Below, piece by piece: positions 22,036-35,856 of a stretch of 64,000 bases of DNA. Both the position numbers and the translations under genes were made by a program. How positions within the stretch are numbered: the stretch's first letter is position 1; each line of letters opens with the position of its first letter. The notes under the pieces were generated by a model that ran no database searches, had not been told where the DNA came from, and was given only the letters and a program-made list of their open reading frames with translations. This DNA is from Flaccisagitta enflata (taxonomy: Eukaryota): NCBI GenBank assembly GCA_965153355.1, contig OZ231126.1, forward strand, positions 3,720,001 through 3,784,000. The letters run 5' to 3'.

Positions 22036-24799
22036 TCACTCGGTGTAGAATCGAGTCTCCATCATTCCGCTTTCGCAGGCGTTGGCGAGTTCGTGTCCGG
22101 ACAAACCGGCGCCAAAGACCGTCTCGTAAACGCCGGTCAGTCTTTCCGGCGTCATACTGGAGATCTGCGGCGCGGAAGAGTTTGTCGACGACGAGAACGG
22201 CGACGATGATAACGAAGTGGAGGATTCGGCGCCGCCAGTGGCGATGCGGTCGCACGTCTGCAGCACGGTCACGACGCCGCGAAACATTCGAGCGTCACGA
22301 CCCAGACTCATCATCCCGTCTTCGTTCAGAGTCATAGGACTCTCGCCTGAAAGGATGAAAGAGGGGAAGGGGGAAAGAAGAAGGGAAGGGAGGAGGAGGA
22401 GGAAAGGAGGGGAAGGGGGATAGGAGAAGGAGAAGGGAAGCGGGAAAGAAGAAGAGAAGGGGGAAAGAAAGCATAAGGAAAAAAATAAAGCATCGGGGCA
22501 GAGGGAAGGAGAAGGAAAGAGATCATGGATTCAATGAGAATTGGAAATAAAGGCAAAAAGAAAGACGGACGAAGTGGAAACAGGTCGCCCAAGGGCAATA
22601 TGTGGTCAGCGATACCCGTTGCCCTGCTTTGAGTGATTGTGAATTAGAGTGAGGGGAAGCAGGGCAGCGGCCCCGAAGGGGACGAAGTCCTGTAGAACAC
22701 AGGGGGACTTTCGTTCGTCCTGCCTGAAGAAGTGGATGAGATGCTATAGGGGGCTGACTGAAGGCCTTCAAGAGCCTAAACTGAGGTCAAAGAAGGCTGA
22801 TGTTAGGCCTGAGAATGCCAATCGGAAGCTTGAGAGGGCTGACTGGAGGCTTGAGAGAGCTGGATTAAGGCTTTAAAGGTCAGAGGACTGAGAGCAATAA
22901 ATTGAGGCTTAGATGGCTGATTTGAGCCCTGAGAGGCCTAATTTGAGGTCTGAGAGGCCTAATTTGAGGCTTGAGAGGTCTATGAGGCCAGGTTTGAGGC
23001 CTGAGAATTTGGATTTGAGGCCCGAGAAGCCTAATTTGAGGCCTGAGAGGCCAGGTTTGAGGCCTGAGAGGTCGGATTTGAAGCCTGAGAGGCTGAATTT
23101 GAGGCCTGAGAGGCCAGATTTGAGGTTTCAGAGGCCAGATTTGAGGCCTTAAGGGCCTGATGAGGGGGCCGGGGGGGGGGGGGACAAACAAACGAACAAA
23201 CGGACGAACGAACGAAAGTCCCCCTGTGTTCTACAGGACTTCGTCCCCTTCGGGGCCGCTGCCCAAAAAGGGAAAAGGAGAAAAGTAAGCGGGCTCGTCC
23301 GTCCATCCATCCTTATTCAGTCCGTTCGTCGGTCCCTGCCTGCTCTTATGGGGAGGGCTCTGCTTGCTCTTCTTAAAACTATTTCACATTTTGTCGGGGG
23401 GTTATTGAGCCTCTCGTCTCGACCTCAATGCTCCTGCCCAAACGTCCTTGAAAGTTGAGACCTGTATCACTGCCCCGGCCCACTCCCACGCGAGTAGAAT
23501 TTAGGGAGTATATACACCCAGCCGTGTTCACAAACGAGCCAATAAAAAGTGTACCTTGAAGAAGGCGTTCGAAGTATTTGAACCGCATGAGGGTGTTGCG
23601 AGGTAGCTGAAAGTGTTCGCCGCCGAGGCAGAATTCGATTTGGTTACTGAGCGTGGAGATGAGTCTTACGAGCGGAGGAATGCGATAATAACTGATTTCT
23701 CGTTTTAATAATTGCCACTCGCAAAAATCATCGGGAAGCGTCAGAGCGCCGTTACGCAGGAAGTTTAAAATGTGCCGGAAGATGAAACCATCGCGATCGA
23801 ACGTGATGCAACCTAGAGGGTTTTTTTTTGGGTGCGACAAAGCGCCCTTCTTTATTTAACTGGCTGGCTGTCCGTCGGTCGGTCGGTAACACGCATTCGT
23901 TGGACGATTCACACATTTCGCACCTTAAATTGGCCTTCTTGGCCTTGTTATTCGTGATTGAGGAATTTAATTAGGAGGGAAGGGAAGGGATATGGAGAAG
24001 AAAATAATGAAATAAAGGAAGAATAAGGCAGAGAGGAAAGAATGGAAGGAATAGAGAAAGGAAGGAGGAAAGAAGGGGAGGAAGTAAAGGGAGAAGGAAG
24101 AAAGGAGGGACTGAAGGCTGGAAGAAAAGTGGGAAGGAAGAGGGAAAGGAGGAAAGTAAAAAAGAAAGGAAGGACTGATGGTAGGAAGAAAGGAGGGAAG
24201 GCGGGAGGGGAGGAGGGAACGAAGAAGAGATGCAAGGAAGTATGTTAGAGGGTTAGGAGGGAAGCGACGCATTGCGAAGCAGGGTCACCTAGATCAAATC
24301 AAAACGCCAGCCTCTTTTTTCGAGGAAGCGGATCGGTATTCTGTACAAGGCGACAACTACCGCTACCGCTCGGTCACAAGAATGTTTACGCAATAAAACA
24401 TACTACCACACGGCCACGTCCGCCATTATAGATATTCATTCCAACATTCTTTTTACCCTGCGCGTCGACGTATTTGGCCATGACGGTGGGCCAAGCGGCG
24501 AAGACCTCGGCGAAGATGGACTCTCGATATTCCCCGATCAACGTCCGTAATTGAGTCACGTATTTCACGCCGCCGACATTCAGCGTCACCGAGCATCCAT
24601 CGGCGGCTGTGGCGGCGGCCACGGCGGCGTTTCCGGTGGCGATGGTGCCGATTCCTCCACCTCCGCCGACGCCGACGCCGCCCCCGACGCCCCCGACTAC
24701 GTGAGGCGGACTCGGCGTCGAGTTCTGGAAAGAGTCGAAACTGTCGCCGGAATGCTGATGATGCGGCATCGAAGGCGAATAACTTCCCGGCATCAACAT
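22036..24799 (-). CDS. KCTD-family BTB/T1 (potassium channel tetramerisation-like) domain protein, 3 coding exons, ~303 aa
   Basis: Exons 24799-24457, 23812-23555, 22346-22036, phase-consistent (912 nt); [17 protein letters not shown]...[31 protein letters not shown] is the T1 consensus; in-frame stop upstream of the ATG. Confidence 0.85.
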
Positions 24800-27234
24800 G
24801 GTGGTGTGATCGTCGTCGACGACTTCGTCGTTGACGATGAATTATCGCGAAGACGGAGAAGAGGAAGAGGAAGAGGAGGAGGTAAAGGAAGTCGTCATAA
24901 TTCCATCGGAGGTCGAAGGAGGAGCGGAGTATCGGCTACGATATCGCTTTTTAGGTGCGACAAAGCACCTCTATAACTGGCTGTGTCCGTTGGTTGGTCG
25001 GTTGGTTGGTCGGTCGGGTAACGCATTCGTTCGACGATCAACACGTCGCAGCTTATTGGCCTACTTGACCTTGTTTTATTCAAAGTTTCCAGTCATGTTA
25101 AAACCTTACATATCGTCCGGACGACGACAGCGTAAATTATTCCAACCATCTCCCTATTCCACAATATTTAGTCGATAAATCTAAGAACGACAAAGAAATT
25201 GATCATGTTAAAAGGGCGTATGGCCAACAACAGCCATGGATGACATGACTTCATATCTGACTAAACTATGGGATAGACATATTATAAGGAGGGGAGGGGA
25301 GGAAACAGAGAAACATCGGACTTGCGCGCGCGGGATGGTGAATCGTGATTCAGCGCAAAGTCTCTCGTCAAGAAGTTGGAAGTAAACAACTTGATCCGTC
25401 GCCGAAGTCGTCATATTCGTCGTCGTTTTCGTCGTCGTCATCGTCATCTTCGCCGTCAATATCGTCGTCGACGCCACTCCACCAATCGAAGATTTCGCGA
25501 TGAGAAAATAAAAGGACAACGCGGCGATGTCATGTGTGGACTTGGTGAGGTCACTGTGTAGGAAAGTAATGATGAACCCTTGGATGATTTGTTGAATTTC
25601 GTTAAGAAAGGTAACTATCATTGCCCTAACTTCATTTAGTAAGCAATTTACTTGCGGGTTAGATTGAGAAAGAACAGTGCGATTGGAGAATTACGATGAT
25701 GGCTAATGAGCTAAGCGGACGGCTAAATACCGCCTAATAGGAGCCCCTGAATCTGCTATCAACTACGTATGGAACAAAGACTTATTGAATGTATAACCAA
25801 ATAGCATTGATAGCATCAGAGGGCAATGAATAGCAATCGGTGAACAGTGACAACAATGATAATCTATGACTAATCCAATAACGCATATAACGATCACTGC
25901 TCATGGCTCATATCAGTCCCGCCATGAGCTATAACCATATCCTGCCTATTACAAATGTTTTTTAGACCCTAATCTATGGAATTCTAGGAGTGGTGCGCGT
26001 ATAAACTAGTGAGTGAGAGTTCACAAGGCCCCTTTCTATTTATTTTAGTCTGGGTATATAGCGAGGGATATTCATATGCAGATTCAACGACAATGAAATA
26101 AGAGGAGTGGCAACATACCTATCACCCCACCCCTCCTTATGTTGCTTATACCACTGATGCAACATTGGTAAATTGAGTGGCAATGGCCGTATTACATTAA
26201 TATCATTCACGCCAACGAGGCGATTTTAATTTCCGAGTTTCGACTAAAACCCGAAGTAGGTACAGTTAAAAACCTTTCTAACGAAGCCCAAGGGAACCTG
26301 ATATTTTTTCGTTACAGGCGAATTTCGCTGTAGCCATAAAGAAACAATTGCTAGAACTATAGTAGCATAAACAACCATCAGAATTGGTTTGTCCATTTAG
26401 AACAACAAGCTAAGAGTGACGCGGTAGGAAATAGCATCTCATCACTAATCACCGCAAAAATCGACCCGTATCGGACAGACTGACCGAGACTCCTTCCTGT
26501 ATCGTTGAACCGATGTCCAGTGTGCAACACCGAGACAGACAGCCGAGACAGACAGACAGACAGAAAGACAGACAGACAGACAGACAGAACACCGGAACAG
26601 ACCGCCGATAGACAATGGGCATAATCAAGGAGAAGAAAGGGAGAGGTCGAGGGGAGACAATGGAGAGAAAAATGTTAGTGTGGAGAATGGGGGAAGAAAG
26701 TCGGAGAGAGAGAGAGAGAGAGAGAGAGAGGAGCTCGATTTTTTCAAGAAGAAGAATAGACAAAAGAGGTTGAATGACTAGCTCATACTCATGCCAAGGA
26801 CGAATTATTCATGTCTGAATTGCATTATTAAGAAAAACGTTGTGACAAAAATTGCTAATCATGAAAATAAAACAATTGGTGATATTTTTCTTCAAACCTA
26901 CACCATTTCTAAACGAATAAAGCTACAGACACCAGACACAACTCAAATGAAAGATATTTTGAAGGGGTTTACAGGCATCATCAATTTTAATCCATTTTTC
27001 TTACGTTATATTGTGTTATGGTTCAGAAAAAAGGTCTTAAAAATCCGCCATGTTAGAATTTGATAAGTAAACTATGAAAAAAATAGTGAATCGTATCGGA
27101 AATCGATATCTAGCTATATCTAATAATCGATATATAGCTATCTCTTCTCGTATCTATTGGAGACGAGAATTACCTAGATCGTGCAGTAGATCGTAATCTA
27201 GTTTGTACGACCTGTATCGTCAGTGATTACTCAT

Positions 27235-27751
27235 CACACGCACGCACGCACGTACACACGCAAACACACACACACACGCATGCAAACACACACACACACG
27301 TATGCAAACACACACACACACGCATGCAAACACACACACACACGCATGCAAACACACACACACACACACACACACGCATGCAAACACACACACACACACA
27401 CACGCATGCAAACACACACACACACACACGCTTGCACACACACACACACACACACACGCTTGCAAACACACACACACGCTTGCAAACACACACACACACA
27501 CACACGCATGCAAACGCATACACACACACGCATGCAAACGCATACACACACACGCATGCAAACGCATACACACACGCATACGGCACGCATGCAAACGCAT
27601 ACACACGCATAGCAAACGCACGCGCATGCATGCGCACAAACACACACTGCGCATCGTGCGCACAACACGCACACACACATACGCATGCAACACACACACA
27701 CACGCATGCAAACACACACACACATGCAAACACACACACACACGCATGCAA

Positions 27752-27782
<31 letters not shown>

Positions 27783-28088
27783 CGCATGCACACACACACA
27801 CGCCTGCAAACACACACACACGCTTGCAAACACACACACACACACGCACGCAACAAGCGCACATACACACACACGCATGCAAACGCATACACACACGCAT
27901 GCAAACGCATGCACACACACTGCGTGCAAACGCATGCAGCATCACCACACACAACGCATGCATGCGCATGACACACATAGCATGCAAGCACACACACACG
28001 CATGCAAACACACACACACGCATGCAAACACACACACGCATGCAAACACACACACGCATGCATGCACACACACACGCATGCACGCACT
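27235..28088. repeat. Compound (CA)n / CACGCATGCAAA microsatellite
   Basis: Direct reading. Confidence 0.95.
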
Positions 28089-29950
28089 TCATCCTTCTCT
28101 CTCTTCCCTCTTTCTCTCTTCCCTCTTTCTCTCTTCCCTCTTTCTCTCTTCCCTCTTTCTCTCTTCCCTCTTTCTCTCTTCCCTCTTTCTCTCTTCCCTC
28201 TTTCTCTCTTCCCTCTTTCTCTCTGCCCTCTTTCTCTCTTCCCTCTTTCTCCTCTTTCCCTCTTTCTCTCTTCCCTCTTTCTCTCTTCCCTCTTTCTCTC
28301 TTCCCTCTTTCTCTCTTCCCTCTTTCTCTCTTCCCTCTTTCTCTCTTCCCTCTTTCTCTCTTCCCTCTTTCTCTCTTCCCTCTTTCTCTCTTCCCTCTTT
28401 CTCTCTTCCCTCTTTCTCTCTTCCCTCTTTCTCTCTTCCCTCTTTCTCTCTTCCCTCTTTCTCTCTTCCCTCTTTCTCTCTTCCCTCTTTCTCTCTTCCC
28501 TCTTTCTCTCTTCCCTCTTCCCTCTTTCTCTCTTCCCTCTTTCTCTCTTCCCTCTTTCTCTCTTCCCTCTTTCTCTCTTCCTCTCTCTCTCTTCCTCTTT
28601 CTCTCTTCCTCTTTCTCTCTTCCCTCTTTCTCTCTTCCCCTCTTTCTCTCTTCCCTCTTTCTCTCTTCCCTCTTTCTCTCTTCCCTCTTTCTCTCTTCCC
28701 TCTTTCTCTCTTCCCTCTTTCTCTCTTCCCTCTTTCTCTCTTCCCTCTTTCTCTCTTCCCTCTTTCTCTCTTCCCTCTTTCTCTCTTCCCTCTTTCTCTC
28801 TTCCCTCTTTCTCTCTTCCCTCTTTCTCTCTTCCCTCTTTCTCTCTTCCCTCTTTCTCTCTTCCCTCTTTCTCTCTTCCCTCTTTCTCTCTTCCCTCTTT
28901 CTCTCTTCCCTCTTTCTCTCTTCCCTCTTTCTCTCTTCCCTCTTTCTCTCTTCCCTCTTTCTCTCTTCCCTCTTTCTCTCTTCCCTCTTTCTCTCTTCCC
29001 TCTTTCTCTCTTCCCTCTTTCTCTCTTCCCTCTTTCTCTCTTCCCTCTTTCTCTCTTCCCTCTTTCTCTCTTCCCTCTTTCTCTCTTCCCTCTTTCTCTC
29101 TTCCCTCTTCCTCTTTCTCTCTTTCTCTCTCTCCCTCTTTCTCTCTTCCTCTTTCTCTCTTCCCTCTTTCTCTCTTCCCTCTTTCTCTCTTCCCTCTTTC
29201 TCTCTTCCCTCTTTCTCTCTTCCCTCTTTCTCTCTTCCCTCTTTCTCTCTTCCCTCTTTCTCTCTTCCCTCTTTCTCTCTTCCCTCTTTCTCTCTTCCCT
29301 CTTTCTCTCTTCCCTCTTTCTCTAGTTCAGACGTGTGCTCTTCGTATCTCCTCTCTCTTCCCTCTTTCTCTCTTCCCTCTTTCTCTCTTCCCTCTTTCTC
29401 TCTTCCCTCTTTCTCTCTTCCCTCTTTCTCTCTTCCCTCTTTCTCTCTTCCCTCTTTCTCTCTTCCCTCTTTCTCTCTTCCCTCTTTCTCTCTTCCCTCT
29501 TTCTCTCTTCCCTCTTTCTCTCTTCCCTCTTTCTCTCTTCCCTCTTTCTCTCTTCCCTCTTTCTCTCTTCCCTCTTTCTCTCTTCCCTCTTTCTCTCTTC
29601 CTCTTTCTCTCTTCCCTCTTTCTCTCTTCTCTTTCTCTCTTTCCTCTTTCTCTCTTCCCTCTTTCTCTCTTCCTCTTTCTCTCTTCCCTCTTTCTCTCTT
29701 CCTCTTTCTCTCTTCCCTCTTTCTCTCTTCCTTTCTCTCTTCCTCTTTCTCTCTTCCCTCTTTCTCTCTTCCCTCTTTCTCTCTTCCCTCTTTCTCTCTT
29801 CCCTCTTTCTCTCATCCCTCTTTCTCTCATCCCTCTTTCTCTCATCCCTCTTCCCTCTTTCTCTCTTCCCTCTTTCTCTCTTCCCTCTTTCTCTCTTCCC
29901 TCTTTCCCTCTTCCCTCTTTCCCTCTTTCTCTCTTTCTTTCTTTCTTTCC
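28089..29950. repeat. 15-bp polypyrimidine minisatellite (CTCTTTCTCTCTTCC)n
   Basis: Direct reading, ~1.85 kb. Confidence 0.95.
29324..29349 (+). other. Illumina TruSeq adapter/read-2 primer remnant (assembly contamination)
   Basis: AGTTCAGACGTGTGCTCTTCgtATCT versus adapter AGTTCAGACGTGTGCTCTTCCGATCT, embedded in a pure CT minisatellite. Confidence 0.92.
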
Positions 29951-30810
29951 TCTTTTGGGCAGCGGCCCCAAAGGGCCGATGTCCTGTAGGACACAGGGGT
30001 GAATTTCCTTACGTCCGTCCGTACGTACGTACCCCCCCCCCCTGAAGCTTCTCAAGCTTTTCAGGCCTCAAATCCAGCCTCTCAGGCCTCAAATCCAGCC
30101 TCTCAGGCCTCAAATCTAGCCTCTCAGGCCTCAAATCCAGCCTCTCAGGCCTCAAATCTAGCCTCTCAGGCTTCAAATCTGGCCTCTTGGGCCTCAAATC
30201 CAGCCTTTCAGGCCTCAAATCCAGCCTCTCAGGCCACAAATCCCACCTCTCAGGCCTCAAATCTAGCCTTTCAGGCCTCAAATCTGGCCTCTTGGGCCTT
30301 AAACCCAGCCTCTCAGGCCTCAAATTCCCATTGAATATCACGGAAAATTACCCCAAATATGCCCTCTCAGGACGTATGGAAATTCACCCCTGTGTCCTAC
30401 AGGACATCGGCCCTTTTGGGCCGCTGCCCTGCTCTCACTCCACTTCTTCAGCTAATCACTCCAAGCAGGGCATCAGGCACCGCTGACCATGTGCGATCCT
30501 TGGATGACTTGTTTTCTTTTTCTTTCTCTTCATGAAAAAAGACGCGTCACTCAGAAATACCATTTTCAATAGAAAAGCATTTGTAAAAGGCGATTTTTCA
30601 TTAGTCACAGTTCGTTTTAGGCGATTTTCTTTAACAAAGAATCTAAAGAAAGAATGACGGGGCTTTCAAAAATATTCGTTAGAGGCAAAATTTCGTAAGA
30701 AGCGTGTTCGTTAAAACGATTTTCTTCTGTATTTAGTTTGCCAAAGTACCCCAAAAAGCCTAAACTGAACTTTTCCCTCAAAAATACTTTTCCTCAGTAC
30801 TATCTAGGTA

Positions 30811-31334
30811 CAGTAGATCTCGTCTAGACTTGAGATAACGGGGGCAAGCATTGTGGAAAAACAAATGAAGCCAGGGGAGTGATATTTGAAACATAGACTT
30901 ATAAAGGGATGGTTTATTACCCATGATAGCTGATTGCTATGGAAACACATTTCTATGTATTTTCGCTAAAATATCAATATTTTGAGAAATTTTTGAGAGA
31001 ACGTTTTTAAAATCAGAAGTTCAACTTTCCCAGTATGTTCTTAAGAATGTCGCGTTAAGCGGTTGCTAGGGTTGTCACACATGGATACACTCTAGCAACG
31101 GCAAACGATATCTTACAGAACATCTTGTGAAGAAGTGTAAAATTGTTAAGCAATGTTAAAAATTTCTCAAAATATTGATATTTTAGCAGTACAAATGTGT
31201 TTCCATGGCAACCAGCTATCATGGGGAATTAAGCATCCTTTGACTAGTCTATGATCAAAATATCGCTCCCCTGCCTTCATTCCTCTTTCTACAATGCTTG
31301 CCCCCGTTATCTCAAGTCTAGACGAGATCTACTG
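30811..31334. mobile_element. Tc1/mariner-like palindromic MITE
   Basis: TA-CAGTAGATCTCGTCTAGACTTGAGATAACGGGGGCAAG...CTTGCCCCCGTTATCTCAAGTCTAGACGAGATCTACTG-TA. Confidence 0.9.
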
Positions 31335-32268
31335 TAATACATATACGGACAGTTAACCATCATTATAGCAGCTAAACTGTAACAACCAATTCACAAGGCC
31401 GGATACACGGCCAATACCAGTCGCGGACGGCTGGGCAGGGGCGGAAATGCGCGTTTTCACACTTTCCAACTCGATCACCACGGATCGACGGCCGGACGGA
31501 CGAAGCCTCTTACAGAGTTGCGTGTCCGCAACTAAAAAATGAAAGCAAAATATCTTCCATTCAAGACTAAGCTAAGCAGAGGTCAGTGGCTTTACCATTT
31601 CCATTTGACAGCGTCCTGAAGAGAGACAGTCATTTTACCAAAATCATACATTGAGGTTTTCAGTTCAAATCTTCGAGGGACAACCTATGTTGAAGGAGCT
31701 CTCAAATCTAAACCGGGTTGACAAAAATCACTGCTTGGCCTCGTTAGATCACATTTTTTTATAATTTTTTGATTGTTGAAAAAAATTATAGGCTGCAGGT
31801 AAACATATTACTCTCAAATTACCTTATATCAATACAAACCGATTGAATGATTTTTTTTGGTACTTGTTGAGAAATTAAGGTTACGAGTGCTTATTACGCT
31901 GAGTCAAACCTGGTTATTTTCATCTAACCACCATGATCAATAGGTCATATTGTATATCTCCTTGAATATATCTCACAGCACAAAGCTGAATATAGTGAGT
32001 GTCCTAAACCCTCTGTCGCAGAGCTTCCTAATAAAAGAAGGAAAACAGTAATAACTATTTCTAACATCTTTTTTTTATTTCTTTTCTATTATTGATTTTT
32101 GTCTCAATCACATTCTTTGTCATTCTTTTTATTTTTTCAATTTTATTCATCTTTTTATAATTTTATTTTATATCCATCATTTTCTTTACAAGATTCTGGC
32201 CTCATCAGATCATTGTTTGTAAGTTGGAAATATTTGAATACATTTCATTAAAAAACAAGGCCAGATAC

Positions 32269-32916
32269 CAGGGGGGGGAAAGCTAAAAACTTTTTAGGCA
32301 CTTTTTAGCAGATTTTAGCACTTTTTAGCAGATTTTAGCACTTTTTAGCACGATTTTTTGGGTAGCGGGCCCATTAAAAAGTTTTTAGCACACATATTTT
32401 GTAAAAAAATTAAGCTAAAAAGTTTTTAGCACAGATTTTTTGAAAAAAATGATGCTAAAAAATTAGTATTCTGAAACTTTGCTAAAAAGACGCTAAAAAG
32501 TTGCTAAAATATTTCTTTGACAAAGCTTGAAAACTTTGAAAACAAAAATTAGAAAAATGCTAAAATATTGCTAAAAAATTGCTAAAATTTAATAAAAAGT
32601 TGCCAAAATTTGCTAAAATTTTGCTAAAAAGATGCTAAAAGGTTTTTACAGACTTGCTAAAAAGATTTCCTTGGTCTGATGCTAAAAAAAGTTAAGTAAA
32701 AATTGCTAAAATGTTGCTAAAAAACTTGAAAAGTTCCAAAAAAGCGACTTAAGGAGTTTTTTTACAACTTTTTGGCAATTTTTGAGCTAAACAACCACTA
32801 GAAACTTTTTAGCACACTCATGTAGCGGGCCCTTTGCTAAAAAGTGCTAAAATCTGCTAAAAAGTGCTAAAATCTGCTAAAAAGTGCCTAAAAAGTTTTT
32901 AGCTTTCCCCCCCCTG
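32269..32916. mobile_element. MITE with GCTAAAA subterminal repeats and 6-bp TSD, nested in a DINE-1/HINE-like element
   Basis: CAGGGGGGGGAAAGCTAAAAACTTTTTAGGCAC and its reverse complement; AGATAC duplicated (32263-32268, 32917-32922). Confidence 0.85.
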
Positions 32917-35856
32917 AGATACACAGCTACCCAAGTCGCGTTGGGTGGGCAGGGGTAGTGATGAAATAGACCAGCCAGGCAGTTGGGCAGGAGCTGTAAT
33001 CCCAAAGCCGCCCGTAAACCCCAAAAAAGGCAGTGTTACCAACCAACAGACCGACTGATGGACCGACGGACAGAGCACGTTGTGGAGTCACGTGCATGTG
33101 ACTAAAAAAACAAAATCAGGACATGGCTCTTATTGTATGGGACCGAGTGGCCAAGGGGATACTGGAAGGAAGATGTACTTTCTGAAGCAACAGATTGGAT
33201 TGCAGTCCAACTCCTAACAAGGAGAAGAGAATATGACTGTTTGCTGGCGCCCATCAGTCGAGATGTCTTGAAAGGTTTCACCTATGCTTTTATATACGGA
33301 GAAATTCATCCTCCTCAACCTCCTTTGTCCATCCCCTTTGAGGCTGAAATTCTAGCAGACAGACCAACCGACCAAGCAAGGTGCAGAGTCGCGTGCAAGC
33401 GACTAAGAATGTTAGTCCCCTGATATCTGTCAGAGTGGGATTCAAATTAACTGTACTGGGGAGGATCGGTCATTCAGAACTATCATGATTTCTAGGGTTT
33501 TATGGAGTCTAAGGACTCAATGGGCTTGATTTGAATCACATTACATGAAAAAATTCGAACTCGAGTTATCCCTCATCTGAAAACATCTGTTTTCTCACCT
33601 CTTGGAAAGGTAACAGCATTTCAGCTGCTCTTGAGAAAAAGTTGATAAATTTTAGAATTTAGTCACTGACATAAATTTCTTGTACTGATGCTATTTCCCT
33701 GATTAGCTGCTTAAAAATTCTAAGCTATGCCATTGGTTGCCACGATTTTTCCCTATGTAACGTAAAATTTATGACTCTTAACAACATATGATGCACCAAC
33801 CAATGAGCGTTCATGACATGACCCAACAACCAATCACAGCTCAGCCTGAATGTGGCGCTAGTAGTCATGTTAGTTGGGCCACACTCAGGCTTGAGAACAA
33901 CCAGCCTCATAGAAAGTGAGGACCTAATGAATTGTATAAAACCTCTTAAGAAGGATCGCGAATACTAGCATTGGAGTGAATTCGACAATCAATAAACAGT
34001 GGAGAATAGAAAAAACATGCCAGCTTCTGTATGATCTTACTACCAGCCACGCAGTTCTCCCAATACTCAGCTGTCATGTTATTGAGGAATGGAGGCAGAG
34101 ATTGCTGGTGTTTAGAAATAAAACATAAGGACGATATCAGCAACAGACTCACACTTGGCCTTGAAAAAATCATATTTTTAGAATCAGATATATATAGTTG
34201 ACTATGAGAGAATCGTGAACCTTAATGTTTGGGGGATGGGATTTGGGTATTGCCGATGCTTAATGGCCCCCTATCTACCCCCCCCCCCTCAGGCCACCGA
34301 GGGGGGGGGTGTAGAGGGGAAAATTATTTTTGAAAAAAAAGTTCGTCTCAATCGATTCAGAATTTTCTAAAACATTTAAAAATCTTGTTTTCAAAAATTT
34401 GAAATTTTTATCAACTAATGACTTTTTTTTCATAAGTCCGTGTTTAAGTGGGGTGGCGACTAGCGGGTGTCCCCCTCCCCCCTGACTGGTCTCGCCTAAT
34501 AGAAAACTTCATGATGCACTCGCGTAAACTAGGATTTGCTAAAGTGAGTTTTCAGCCAAAATTTTATGAGAATCGCTTGAAAAATTCACGAGATATCCCT
34601 ATCGATGTGGGCCGATTCACCAAATCGACGATTTACGCGAAAATGTAGAAAAACCGTAGTTGTCCGAAATTCAAATATTCTCCCCTTTGAGCGGGAAAAC
34701 TCGAACAAATCTAGCCAAATTCATCTCGATTGCAAGCTACTAGTTTGGGCCAACAAGTGCAGGGTCATTGCTATCTAAGTTAACACTTTTCTGAAAAATA
34801 TATGTCAATTACGTTAAGTGTCCGCGGGTGGGACAATTAAATTGTAGAAAAACCGTAGTTGTCCGAAATTCAAGATTTTATCATAACTACTTCGTCTTTG
34901 AATTTTTAAGCGCGATTTTTGTTTTGGCTGTCTTCCATGTGAAATGGAAGCTTACCCGAACCCAAATTTGTCCGCCCTCTCACCCATAATGAGGATGAAA
35001 TTGATATTATTTGCCATATCCTTCAAATTTGTCCAAAATCAAGTCATTTTCCTTGTTCACTTTCAGGTGCTAAAAAAGTGCAAAATCAGATAGCCATTCT
35101 TTCCAGCGAGACATTATCAATCAAATATGACCAAAAGGACACAATGAATATCAATGGTCGCTAAAACAACACAATGGGGCTCAAAAAAATAAATACTTAA
35201 GTACTGTTACAATTTGTTACAGGAAAATAAAGAGCGTAAGCCTCCTTTGGTGGACACGTTTATTGGTTATAATAGAATATCTGCCTATTTTTACCGGCCT
35301 AATCTCAAGCAATTGTACCTCCCCGAGCATTTGATAGCAATGATACCGATTGCAAATCCCTCATGTACCGAAATTGCCCTGTCAGCCTTGCGTTGGTCTT
35401 AGTAATATGACATGTGAGCCTCATGCTGAAATCGTCCATAAGGCTAATTACGGTCTCCCTAACTGTACCAGCATTGAGACTGGCCTCAAGGTTCCCTGCC
35501 TCAAGAGTCAAACTCCAGTCTTCAGACTCAAATTTCAGCCCCAACAGTCAAATCTCAGCCTCGAGGCTCAATTCTATCCTTGAGGCTCAAATTCCAGCCT
35601 CAGTTCTCACATCCCAGCCTCGAGGCTCACTATCTTGCCTAAAGGCTCAAATCATCACCTTGAGGCGCAAATCCCCACTTTGAGGCTCAAATCCAAACCT
35701 CGAGGCTCTATCACTTACCTATCACCCAGGCTCAAATACCCACCTCCAGGTTCAATCAAGGCTCAAATCCTCACCTTGAGGTTCAAATTTCTGCCACAAG
35801 GTTTAAATCCTTGCCTCAAGGCTCAAATTCCAACTCGAGGCTCAGTTCCTTGCTAA

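Noticed and set aside
25208-25621. 137-aa Thr-rich ORF as an upstream KCTD coding exon
   Set aside because: An in-frame stop precedes the ATG at 24799; at most a 5' UTR exon, with no recognisable domain.
27220-30055. ORFs up to 895 aa
   Set aside because: Stop-free micro/minisatellite translations.
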